Shown here in pieces: positions 28,348 to 37,001 of a DNA stretch of 64,000 nucleotides; positions within the stretch are counted from its first letter, which is position 1, and every line of letters begins with the position of its first letter. The DNA is from Chthonomonadales bacterium (lineage in GTDB: Bacteria; Armatimonadota; Chthonomonadetes; Chthonomonadales; CAJBBX01), in NCBI GenBank assembly GCA_037443035.1, contig JBBIPC010000001.1:64001-128000 (forward strand), read 5' to 3'. A model generated the notes under the pieces. It worked only from the letters and a program-made list of their open reading frames with translations. It ran no database searches and was not told the origin of the DNA. The position numbers and the translations under genes are program-made.

Positions 28348-29511
28348 TCATCGTTCGTAGACCGGGCCGACCGTCTGATGGTGCTCCGGACTTGCCGACC
28401 TAACGGTAGTATCGGAGCCTTGTCTAGTCTCCAACGTCTTCCTCATGGCTAGAGGAACATCGAGCAGATAGATACGTCCTGTTGATGCTGCTCCCTCGAC
28501 GAGGTCAATCAGCCTCTCGCAGGCTCGTTCGCCCAGTCTGGCGAAGTCGGGCTTGGTGGTCGGCAGTTGGTGGGCGTAACGCCGTCCTTCGTGCAGATCG
28601 TCGAAGCCTACGACGAGGACCTCGTCAGGCACTCGCAGTCCTCTCTCTTCAAGGTGGTCGGCAAGCTCCGCCGCGGCTCGATCCTCTGTGGCGAGGATGG
28701 CCGTCGGTTTGTCTGAAGCTCTCGCGGCCCGATCTGCGATGTCAGCGAGGGCGTTGAGCACGCTGCCGTCGTAGTGGATCACCCTGCAAGCGATCTCATC
28801 CAGACCGTGGTCTGCCGCGGCTCTCCGGAAACCGCGAGTCCTGGCCCGGAGTGGCGAGTGGATGATCCCAGCATCACCTACGGCGAACCAGATTCGCCTG
28901 TGCCTGTGGCCAATGAGCCACGTCGTTATTTCATAGCACAGGCGCTCATTGTCGAATAGGAACTGCGTGTGCGGATGCGTCTCGACGGCCGTATCTACCA
29001 GGACGACGGGAACTCCCAGATCTGGGGACTCCAGATAGTCTGGGTTCGCAAGCTCCGTGGGTCTCGGCACCGGGTAGATCACCAGTCCGGATACTCCCGA
29101 CGCTATGAGATCCCTGACGGCTTCCTGTTCCTGCTCGACGCGATTGTTGGCGTTGGCCATTACGACGCGATAGCCCCGTCGTGCGGCCTCTCGTTCGATG
29201 CCAACAAGAGTACGCTGGGTCAGGATTTCCGTGGCAATGGACGCTACATAGCCGATCCGTTTGGGCGCGGGTGCCGAGCTGCTAGCTCCACTGGCTGCTA
29301 TGATGTACCGGCCACTTCCCTGGGTGCTGACGAGCTCGCCGTCTGCTGCCAGTGCTGCGATCGCTTTGGCTATGGTGGGGCGACTGACGCCGTAGCGTGC
29401 CTGGAGCTCGCGTTCAGGGGGGAGGCGCCGGACAGTCCCGGGCTCCGCGCCCTGGAGGTACTCCGTTCGGATCTGATCCCTGATATGGACGTACAATGGC
29501 TTGGACGCCAA
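28348..29511 (-). CDS. GntR-wHTH / LacI sugar-binding hybrid regulator (AraR-like)
   Basis: LPPERELQARYGVSRPT HTH; periplasmic-binding-fold C-domain (VPDEVLVVGFDD); TTG start. Confidence 0.9.
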   Translation of the reverse strand: MASKPLYVHIRDQIRTEYLQGAEPGTVRRLPPERELQARYGVSRPTIAKAIAALAADGELVSTQGSGRYIIAASGASSSAPAPKRIGYVASIATEILTQRTLVGIEREAARRGYRVVMANANNRVEQEQEAVRDLIASGVSGLVIYPVPRPTELANPDYLESPDLGVPVVLVDTAVETHPHTQFLFDNERLCYEITTWLIGHRHRRIWFAVGDAGIIHSPLRARTRGFRRAAADHGLDEIACRVIHYDGSVLNALADIADRAARASDKPTAILATEDRAAAELADHLEERGLRVPDEVLVVGFDDLHEGRRYAHQLPTTKPDFARLGERACERLIDLVEGAASTGRIYLLDVPLAMRKTLETRQGSDTTVRSASPEHHQTVGPVYER

Positions 29512-29588
29512 CGCGCCATACTCCCTCGAGCATCACGACGCGGCCCTGCGGTCAGGCTCAGACACGGACAGCAAACAGAACCGTAACC

Positions 29589-29617
29589 ATTATAGGGGAT
29601 TGGTCATGCAATGTCAA
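29589..29617 (-). promoter_or_regulatory. Consensus sigma70 promoter for the GntR-small TM-DUF1559 cassette
   Basis: Minus strand TTGACA-17nt-TATAAT, an exact consensus. Confidence 0.85.
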
Positions 29618-29620
29618 GGG

Positions 29621-29633
29621 CTGTCTTACAAAT
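29621..29633. promoter_or_regulatory. Possible GntR-type operator abutting the -35 box
   Basis: TGTcttACA dyad (ATTTGTAAGACAG on the minus strand), resembling AraR/FadR boxes. Confidence 0.3.
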
Positions 29634-29829
29634 CCGTGGGGTTCATGACGAGGCGGCCTCTGATCGTGAACGAACCGACGTCAGCTAGGAAGCGAGGATG
29701 CCGCGTGCACCATTCGCCCAACAGCGCATATCGGTATCCGCGGTCTGCGAGCAACCACGGACTCTGTTGGGTAGGACAGAGAAGAGAGCCCAGACCGACG
29801 TGTCTGAGCTCTTCTACCTGAACTGAGGC

Positions 29830-31317
29830 TTACTGAGCCGGTGGTGGCGGGGAGGCCTGCTTCTGCAGTCTCGCGTATTCCGCAGCAGGGAAGACGTCTG
29901 CTTCCGTGATCGGCGCACGCCTGAAGACCTGGGCGCGCGTAATGCGGTACACCTTGCGCAGGATTCGGTTCGGCGGATTCTTGTCGCTCTCGACGTAGAG
30001 GTACTTCCGATCGGTCATCCCCTCTCCCGACCATCCGAATCGGTCTTGGATGAAAGGCGATGTACCGCGTGGATCGAACTCGAAAACCAGGAAGTACCGC
30101 TCCGACTTGAAGCTGTACATCTTGGGGTCCTTGCTCATGTCTATCTTGCGACCCCACGTACCTTGCCGCACGGAGTGCTGGTCCTGCATGAGCGTCACGC
30201 TCTGGTCAATGTCGAAGGTGAACGCTTTCAGTTGAGGCGGCCGCCAGTTCTCGTCGTGCAGTCGAATGGTTACCCGAGCTCCATCACCAACATTGAACTG
30301 ACCCTTGAGGTCGAGGACCTTATCCTCCACGAACGTCGGACGGACATCGAAGGCCGTTTCCCATTTCGGTACCACCGCTGGGGGCCGAGGCGATCCAACC
30401 GACATGGGAGGAACAGGCTCGCCAACATTGGTGAACTGCTCACGCTTCTGCCGGATGTCGTCTTCACTCAGGAAGAGATAGGCGTCAGCGGGCGTGGGCT
30501 GACCGGTGTACGGGTCAATGCTCTTCGTCCGCTTACCGTCAATGGACCAATCGACCTCGTGCGTGTAGCGGCTGAACTTCCGCTTGAGGGTCAGTTCCAG
30601 GTTGTGTCGCTCGCTATCCCGAACGTTGCGCTTGCTGAAGTCCTTCGGATCCTGGCGGACGAGCTCGTTGCTCATGGCGAGTGCCTTGCGCCAGACCTCG
30701 ATGCTCTCATCTATGCGGCCAAGACGGACGAGAGAGTGTGCGAGCTGATGCCATACGAACATAGGAACCGGCTTAGTGAGCTCCCCTCGTTCATCGGCAC
30801 CCTTCCGTTCATACGCGCAGATCCTGTACCAGTGATATGCACGCTGGTAATCCTTGATCTTGTCGGTGTTCTCCCATCCCAGTTCGAAAGCAATATCGTA
30901 GACGCCCGGGTTGTTGGCATCTCCTTCTTCGAGGAGTTTCTGAGCGGCAGGGATATAGCGGCGGTCCGAACGTTCGCTGGAGTCGGTGAAGTTGTAGGCC
31001 AGGTGCCATGCGCCGGTGATGTAGACATCCAGATTGTGCGGGTCGAGCCAGGTCACCATGCGTACCATGGGGAGGATCGCGTCGTAGTCGCCTTCGTGGA
31101 AAAACTCGTCGGCACGAACCCAGAGGAGACCGGCGACGGCTTGCTGCATACCGAGTAACGGACCAAGTATGAACTCTGTGGTCAGTCCGGCGAACGGGGT
31201 ACGAGACCCTTTGTGCAGCTCTGCGACGAACGGATCTATCCTAGCTTGCAGGAGCACAACGGCTACGAACAGCGGCACGAGAGCTAGTAGCAGCTTGCGA
31301 CGTGTTGCAGGGTGCAT
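29830..31317 (-). CDS. Membrane-anchored helical-repeat protein associated with the ABC operon (PilG/XapA-like)
   Basis: N-terminal TM; LLWVRADEFFH...VTWLDPH..DVY..GAWHLAYN; TPR-like helices (LAHSLVRLGRIDESIEVWRKAL). Confidence 0.6.
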   Translation of the reverse strand: MHPATRRKLLLALVPLFVAVVLLQARIDPFVAELHKGSRTPFAGLTTEFILGPLLGMQQAVAGLLWVRADEFFHEGDYDAILPMVRMVTWLDPHNLDVYITGAWHLAYNFTDSSERSDRRYIPAAQKLLEEGDANNPGVYDIAFELGWENTDKIKDYQRAYHWYRICAYERKGADERGELTKPVPMFVWHQLAHSLVRLGRIDESIEVWRKALAMSNELVRQDPKDFSKRNVRDSERHNLELTLKRKFSRYTHEVDWSIDGKRTKSIDPYTGQPTPADAYLFLSEDDIRQKREQFTNVGEPVPPMSVGSPRPPAVVPKWETAFDVRPTFVEDKVLDLKGQFNVGDGARVTIRLHDENWRPPQLKAFTFDIDQSVTLMQDQHSVRQGTWGRKIDMSKDPKMYSFKSERYFLVFEFDPRGTSPFIQDRFGWSGEGMTDRKYLYVESDKNPPNRILRKVYRITRAQVFRRAPITEADVFPAAEYARLQKQASPPPPAQ

Positions 31318-31329
31318 ACGCTGCCTCCG

Positions 31330-32097
31330 CTAGACCTCTCGTCGGTCGAACACGATGATGGCGAGGATCAGCAGAACAGCGGCGTAGATGATGGCGTAGG
31401 CGATGTTCTGCATGATGAACACATTCATGTTCTTGATGACGACCTGAGGATGGATGAGCTTGTTCTGAATATTGAAGTTGCCGAAGTTAGGAATCGCGTA
31501 GTGCACGAGTGTTGCCACCAACCTGGTAGCGACGTTCTTGTTCTGCAGCAGGGATTCGGTGACGGAAGAGAGGTTGCCAACGATGAACAGCCCGAAGCTG
31601 AGAAAGAAGTTGACGACCGGCGTTGCGAACGTGCTGAAGAAGATCGCAAGCGCGCCGAGGAGGGTCATCTGGAAGAAGGTCATCATGACGCCTTGCGCCA
31701 TCTCGGGGGCGAATCGGCCCTCCTGATAGCGCAGCACACCGAGGAAGACGATGCCCATGGAGGCGACCATCACGAAGACGGTGAACAGCCCTCCCAGGAA
31801 CTTTCCCAGGACGAATTCGTAACGCTGCACGGGCTTCGACAACACCGTGTAGATCGTGCGCCGCTCGATCTCTGTTGGGATAACCTGAATGCCTGTCAAC
31901 ACCGTAATGAGTAGACCTGCGAGCAGGATCACGGCCAGCCCGAGGCTGCGCAATACTGCGGAGCTCTCTCGGGGGCTCAGAAAACCCACGGATGGGCCGA
32001 GCGCAATCATCGCGACAGCCACGATGAGTAGGATCAGCAGGATCTTGCGGCGGAGCATATCCTCCAATGTCTGCTTGGCAATGGCAAGAGTGACCAT
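31330..32097 (-). CDS. ABC-2 type permease (PilI/NosY-like)
   Basis: IPTEIERRTIYTVLSKPVQRYEFVLGKFLG; 6 TM; ends FDRREV. Confidence 0.9.
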   Translation of the reverse strand: MVTLAIAKQTLEDMLRRKILLILLIVAVAMIALGPSVGFLSPRESSAVLRSLGLAVILLAGLLITVLTGIQVIPTEIERRTIYTVLSKPVQRYEFVLGKFLGGLFTVFVMVASMGIVFLGVLRYQEGRFAPEMAQGVMMTFFQMTLLGALAIFFSTFATPVVNFFLSFGLFIVGNLSSVTESLLQNKNVATRLVATLVHYAIPNFGNFNIQNKLIHPQVVIKNMNVFIMQNIAYAIIYAAVLLILAIIVFDRREV

Positions 32098-32099
32098 GG

Positions 32100-33032
32100 C
32101 TAGCTTCCACTCTCCTTGAGCACTGTCTCGACGAACACTTCCTCGAGAGACCGTTTGTGAGGCACGACCGCTTGCACGGAGCCCTTGGCTCCCCGTATCA
32201 GGTCCACGATGGCGTTCACATCCTTTGGATCGACGGAGGGGACGCGCTTAGCACCATTCTTGGATTCGCACGCGCCGGCGACTTGCTTGACTTTCTCCAC
32301 CAGACCATCATCGCCACCTTCGAAGATGATCTCGACCTTGTCGCCGGCGGTAAGCTCATCCGTCCGCCCGGTCTTGAGGAGCCTGCCCTGATGAATGATG
32401 GCTACACGGCTACAGGTGAGCTCCACGTCCGGCAACTGGTGGGAACTCAGGAACACCGTCTTGCCCCTTCGCCCTACATTGACGATGATCTCGCGCAACT
32501 CCGCGTGCGCGATGGGGTCTAGCCCCGACGTCGGCTCATCCAAGAATAGGAGTTCCGGCTCGTTGATCAGTGCTTGGGCGATGCCGATGCGTTGCCGCAT
32601 TCCCTTGGAATACCCGCGCAATGGACGTCGCCACGCCTGAGGATCCAGCAAGACGTCTTGCAGGGCCTTCTGGATGCGGCGAGATCGCTCGGGTTCACTG
32701 ATACGGAACAGGCGAGCATAGAAATCCAGTAGATCCCAGCCGGTCATGCCCTCATAGAAATAAGCCTCTTCCGGCAGATAGCTGATCCGCGCTTTGACCT
32801 CTATGTCGCCGATCGGCTTGCCCAGCACGGTAGCAGTTCCAGCCGTGGGAAAGATCAGCCCCAGAAGCATCTTGATGGTGGTAGTCTTACCTGCTCCGTT
32901 CCGGCCGAGAAAACCGAAGACCTCGCCTTCCTCGACATCCAGACTGAGATTGTCCACAGCCCGGATCTCAGTCTTGGTCCATACGTCCAGATAGGTCTTT
33001 GTGAGGCCCTGGATGCTGACAGCAGCAGCCAT
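32100..33032 (-). CDS. ABC transporter ATP-binding protein (PilH-like)
   Basis: GRNGAGKTT, YSKGMRQR, LDEPTSGLD, SSH. Confidence 0.95.
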   Translation of the reverse strand: MAAAVSIQGLTKTYLDVWTKTEIRAVDNLSLDVEEGEVFGFLGRNGAGKTTTIKMLLGLIFPTAGTATVLGKPIGDIEVKARISYLPEEAYFYEGMTGWDLLDFYARLFRISEPERSRRIQKALQDVLLDPQAWRRPLRGYSKGMRQRIGIAQALINEPELLFLDEPTSGLDPIAHAELREIIVNVGRRGKTVFLSSHQLPDVELTCSRVAIIHQGRLLKTGRTDELTAGDKVEIIFEGGDDGLVEKVKQVAGACESKNGAKRVPSVDPKDVNAIVDLIRGAKGSVQAVVPHKRSLEEVFVETVLKESGS

Positions 33033-33108
33033 TCAAGCGTCCTCCTTGGCACGCGTGCCTAAGTCACAACAAAGCGGGGCGTATCGCATCTGCGCCCCGC
33101 GCCAGTCG

Positions 33109-33138
33109 AGTATAGCGTTTCGCCGCATAGGGTGTCAA
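33109..33138 (-). promoter_or_regulatory. Sigma70 promoter for the ABC operon
   Basis: Minus strand TTGACA-18nt-TATACT. Confidence 0.7.
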
Positions 33139-33162
33139 CTTGCGCTCTGGTGCCGTATCTGG

Positions 33163-33171
33163 TGTTACAAT
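33163..33171 (+). promoter_or_regulatory. Extended -10 promoter, probably giving a leaderless mRNA
   Basis: TG-t-TACAAT ends 6 nt before ATG 33178; no SD. Confidence 0.55.
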
Positions 33172-33177
33172 ACCGCA

Positions 33178-34170
33178 ATGCGACGTCTCTATTGTTCCCG
33201 CCTTCACAAGCCACTGTTTGCGCTCCTCGCGACACTGACAGTGGTCGCGGGGTTCGCCGCTCCCCAGCGAGTCGATACCCGTATCTCGGACGGCTCCGTG
33301 CTACCGACTCGGGTGCCTTTCAAGCTGGAGCAGGGATGCATGGTTCTAGAGGCGCATCTCGGGTCGGGGCTTCCCATCAGATGCGTGCTCGATTCCGGTC
33401 TCGTGCCAGCTGTCATGGCTCCGGGCCTCGCTGAGGAACGGGGCATTCGCGGTAGCGGAGAGGCCGTTGTTCAGACGCCCCTAGGAGCGCTCCCTGGGCG
33501 CGCTGCAGGCACCGCTGCGTTGCGTTTGGGGGCAGTGACTGTGGAGGGAGTGCCGGTTACGATCGCCGACATGCGCACGTTTCTCTCTCCGTCGCGAGCC
33601 GAGACGCTACCGCAACTCTGGATGGGTGTCTCCGCCCTGGCGCCGGTCGGCGTGCTTCTGAACCCCGACGACTCCGTGCTCGTTCTCCTCGAGGCCGGTT
33701 CCGGTCCGCCGCGAGCGTTCCGAACAACGATGCTGGACGTCACGCCCCAGGGGATGCAGACCATGGTCAGTGTCAACGGCACTCCGGCGAAGCCTTGGAT
33801 TCTCAGCACAGGAACCCCCGGAACACTTGTGCCTGTGAGCATCGTCAAGGCCCAGGGGCTGCCAGTGGAGAACGAACGCGAGGTCCGCAACGCCGGAGGC
33901 GGTGTGCTGAAGATCGGCACCGTTACATTGAAGGAAATCAGCATGGGTCCGGTGAAGATTGAGGGTGTTCGTGCCGTAACGGTGTTATCGGGTCATGATA
34001 TGCCGACGGGAGTCGTTGGTATGGACGTGTTGTTACGCTACCAGCTCTATATCAACGTATCACGACGCATCCTTGGCTTCTTGGCTCGAAAAGAGGCGCG
34101 TACACCCAACACCGTGCCGCCAAGTGGCGATTCGCAGCGAGTTCCGGTTGGTGGCATCAGACGCCCATAG
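33178..34170 (+). CDS. Secreted tandem retropepsin-like aspartyl protease domain protein
   Basis: Signal peptide; lobe 1 CVLDSG, lobe 2 WILSTG...GVVGMDVL. Confidence 0.75.
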   Translation: MRRLYCSRLHKPLFALLATLTVVAGFAAPQRVDTRISDGSVLPTRVPFKLEQGCMVLEAHLGSGLPIRCVLDSGLVPAVMAPGLAEERGIRGSGEAVVQTPLGALPGRAAGTAALRLGAVTVEGVPVTIADMRTFLSPSRAETLPQLWMGVSALAPVGVLLNPDDSVLVLLEAGSGPPRAFRTTMLDVTPQGMQTMVSVNGTPAKPWILSTGTPGTLVPVSIVKAQGLPVENEREVRNAGGGVLKIGTVTLKEISMGPVKIEGVRAVTVLSGHDMPTGVVGMDVLLRYQLYINVSRRILGFLARKEARTPNTVPPSGDSQRVPVGGIRRP

Positions 34171-34208
34171 GTGCCAGCGCCAATTCTAGAAAGGAAGTAG
34201 CGCGACCG

Positions 34209-35162
34209 ATGAAACGATTGCTAGTATGTTTGCTGCTCATGTGCGCTGTCGCTCTGGTTGGCAGCACCGTTGCCGCACAGCAACAGAATCGTGCCACCAC
34301 CGGCAGCAAGGCCCGCCAGTCGAAAAGGACGGGCCAAAGCACCAAGAAGAAGGCGAAGACCTCCTCGAGTACGCGGTCGAAGACGAAAGCCGCGTCTGGT
34401 TCTGGCACGGCGAAGTCCGGGGCACAAAGCAAGTCCAGCGGCACGGCCGCCAAGGAACAGACCGGCGCGAAGACTGGTTCGGAAGCAACTAAGGCGGCCG
34501 AGAACGTCGAGAAACCGGTCAACTACGGCACCCTTCCCATCAAGAAGCTCTTCAACGGCAAAGACCTCAGTGGTTGGCGGCTTAGGCATGCCGACGGCAA
34601 GAACGCCTGGCAGGTTGTCAACGGAGTGCTCGCCAACACAGAACGTGGAACAGACCTCGTCAGCGAAGAGAAGTTCACCGACTTCGAGCTGCACCTCGAG
34701 GTAAACGTGCCGCAGGGAGGAAACAGCGGCGTGTACCTTCAGGGACGGTACGAGCTTCAAATCGCGGACTCGGCTGGCGCGACGGAGTTGACGAACTCCA
34801 TGATGGGCGCGATCTACAGCAAGGTGGCGCCGCGGGTGAACGCTGCCAAGCCTGCCGGTGAGTGGCAGACAGTGGATGTCCACTTCATGCAGGCCGTTCG
34901 GGATAAGACCGGCAAGATCGTTCTAAAGCCCATGGTAACCGTCATCCTCAACGACGAGATTGTCATTGACAGTGCCGAGATCGACGGCGTTACAGGCGGT
35001 GCGCTGGATGCGGAGGAGGGGACGCCGGGCCCATTGATGCTCCAAGGCGACCATACTGCCGTCCAGTACAGGAACATTCTCATCCGGCCTCTGCCGCCAC
35101 GCACAGTACCAGAGGCAGAACCGGAGGAGACGCCGGCATCCACTCCCCCGAACGGGAAGTGA
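34209..35162 (+). CDS. Secreted DUF1080 (3-keto-glycoside hydrolase-like) protein with K/S/T/A-rich linker
   Basis: [47 protein letters not shown]. Confidence 0.88.
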   Translation: MKRLLVCLLLMCAVALVGSTVAAQQQNRATTGSKARQSKRTGQSTKKKAKTSSSTRSKTKAASGSGTAKSGAQSKSSGTAAKEQTGAKTGSEATKAAENVEKPVNYGTLPIKKLFNGKDLSGWRLRHADGKNAWQVVNGVLANTERGTDLVSEEKFTDFELHLEVNVPQGGNSGVYLQGRYELQIADSAGATELTNSMMGAIYSKVAPRVNAAKPAGEWQTVDVHFMQAVRDKTGKIVLKPMVTVILNDEIVIDSAEIDGVTGGALDAEEGTPGPLMLQGDHTAVQYRNILIRPLPPRTVPEAEPEETPASTPPNGK

Positions 35163-35227
35163 CTCAGCCCCGGGGACGACGGCCGAACCCTCGGCTGCGT
35201 CCTTCAGGCAAGAAAGGACACCAGTCC

Positions 35228-35920
35228 ATGCGTACCAAGAGAAACCAGGCGTTCACCCTGATCGAACTGCTGGTTGTAATCGCCATTATCGGCATTCTCG
35301 CGGCCATGCTGTTCCCGGTTTTCGCTCAGGCACGCGAGAAGGCACGGGCCATCGTGTGCATTTCCAACATCAGTCAGCTCGGCAAGGCCATGGTAATGTA
35401 TTGGATGGACTACGACTCGCAGTCTCCCGTCCAAGAGCACCTGTACATCGAAGGCAATTGCCCCTTCTGGATGGATGCAGCCTACGGCGTACCGAACTGG
35501 TACAACGGCCCATATACGAACTGGGCGCGAGCCATCTTTCCCTATGTTCGCAACTTGGACGTGTACAGGTGTAGCTCGCATCGGGGCTGGACCCAGAACT
35601 CCGACTCGACACAGCCCGGGCTGAGCTACATCTTCAATGGCTTTGCAGCAGGCAGAAGCGATGCGGCAGCTCAGGACGCCTCCAATACGGTCCTCCTGTG
35701 GGACTACCGATACATGACCAGCTACGCCGTCGTGAATCCGGCGCCTCCGCTGCCTGGTTTGTGCACGGACCCTGGTTGCTACTGCTACTATGATGGCTGG
35801 TCGGCCCACAACCAACAGTTCAACGTCCTCTACTTCGACGGCCACGCGAAGAACATGCCTGAAGCTGTCCTGCGGGGTAATCTGTTCGGTCTTCCTCCGG
35901 GCAACGTCTTCAGTTTCTGA
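35228..35920 (+). CDS. Prepilin-type N-terminal cleavage/methylation protein, DUF1559 family, with H-X9-DG C-terminus
   Basis: [54 protein letters not shown]. Confidence 0.92.
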   Translation: MRTKRNQAFTLIELLVVIAIIGILAAMLFPVFAQAREKARAIVCISNISQLGKAMVMYWMDYDSQSPVQEHLYIEGNCPFWMDAAYGVPNWYNGPYTNWARAIFPYVRNLDVYRCSSHRGWTQNSDSTQPGLSYIFNGFAAGRSDAAAQDASNTVLLWDYRYMTSYAVVNPAPPLPGLCTDPGCYCYYDGWSAHNQQFNVLYFDGHAKNMPEAVLRGNLFGLPPGNVFSF

Positions 35921-35968
35921 GAGATGATCCGTATGCGGTTCCGACGGCGCGCGTAGGAGGTGGAACCG

Positions 35969-36787
35969 ATGAGCGGCCAACCAAAGTGGCGCCCGCCCGC
36001 GGAAGTTCGCGAGGGTGCTGAAGAAGTCAAGGCCAAGCTGCGGGAAGACCTGTCCCGCTGGGCGCGATTGCGGCGATTCGTGAGCCTGAAACCGGAGATC
36101 CCGTGTCTGGAGTGCGACGGCGCCGGCAAGATCCAGTGCGCCGCATGCCGTGGTACGGGCAAGTCAGCGATCGTAACGGAGACGGGCGAGCAGGAGCCCT
36201 GCCCGCACTGCGGAGGCCACGGTTCCATCACATGTGTGGACTGTGCCGGTCGTGGCGTGATTCCCAACCGTAACCGCAAGCCGCTTATCTGGATACTTGT
36301 TGCTGGCGGTGTCGCATGGGCGCTGATACTGTTCCAGCTTTGGGGTGGTGATATCCTGCCGGAGCAGCGGGCAGCGGTGCTGCAGCGGGGCGAGCATGGA
36401 CGGTCTGTCGTGGCGCCGCCACAGAGGGCAGGTGGTGGCGTCGGAGTGGCAATCCCGCGGACACAGGGAGGAGGCTCCACCAACCCGGTCGCGCCTGCTG
36501 GAGGTGTTACGTATCGGCCGGTGCCACCTGCCGGTTCTGGGGCGGGAGGTGGAGCCCAAGGGGCACAGCCGTGGCAGCAGGGCTATGTTCCTGGTGACAA
36601 CGCTTCCGGCACCCTGCATGGCAACTCCGTTCCGAGTTCAAGTGGGTTCGCCCAGCCGCCCGGCCCGTACGGCGGTGTACCTCGAGCCGGTTATGGGGCG
36701 ACCGGCGCCGTGCCGGGTTCGGGAATGGGTGGTCCCATGGGAGGTGGGAACAGCCTGCCTACCCGGCCGGGCAGCTACGGCCGGTAG
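35969..36787 (+). CDS. DnaJ-type zinc-finger (4x CxxCxGxG) single-pass membrane protein with Gly/Pro-rich tail
   Basis: CLECDGAG, CAACRGTG, CPHCGGHG, CVDCAGRG; TM LIWILVAGGVAWALILF; SD AGGAGGT. Confidence 0.8.
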   Translation: MSGQPKWRPPAEVREGAEEVKAKLREDLSRWARLRRFVSLKPEIPCLECDGAGKIQCAACRGTGKSAIVTETGEQEPCPHCGGHGSITCVDCAGRGVIPNRNRKPLIWILVAGGVAWALILFQLWGGDILPEQRAAVLQRGEHGRSVVAPPQRAGGGVGVAIPRTQGGGSTNPVAPAGGVTYRPVPPAGSGAGGGAQGAQPWQQGYVPGDNASGTLHGNSVPSSSGFAQPPGPYGGVPRAGYGATGAVPGSGMGGPMGGGNSLPTRPGSYGR

Positions 36788-36829
36788 CCCCCTTCACACA
36801 ACATACAAGTACAAGCGTCCGGCGTGGGG

Positions 36830-37001
36830 TATAATCACCGGCGACGGCCAGCGAGCTGTCGCCGGGATGCCGTTGCAAGTGGACGTGCTTCCACGGCTTA
36901 TCTCAACATCTGCCAACAAGTGCTGACGTACGGGTGCGTCGGCGTGTTGAGAACAATAACGGGACGCCCTATGTGGGAGTCCTTGTTGAGAGGAGCCATG
37001 C
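36830..37001 (+). promoter_or_regulatory. TATAAT box and multi-hairpin 5' leader of the MFS-acs gene run
   Basis: TATAAT 36830-36835; four hairpins; TCTCAACA is complementary to two TGTTGAGA copies. Confidence 0.45.

Noticed and set aside
30046..31158. 370-aa plus-strand ORF
   Set aside because: Antisense to the 495-aa gene that sits in an operon; no motifs
33178..34170. Aspartyl protease as the prepilin peptidase for DUF1559 proteins
   Set aside because: Prepilin peptidases are polytopic GxGD-type (A24) enzymes; this is a soluble retropepsin-like fold
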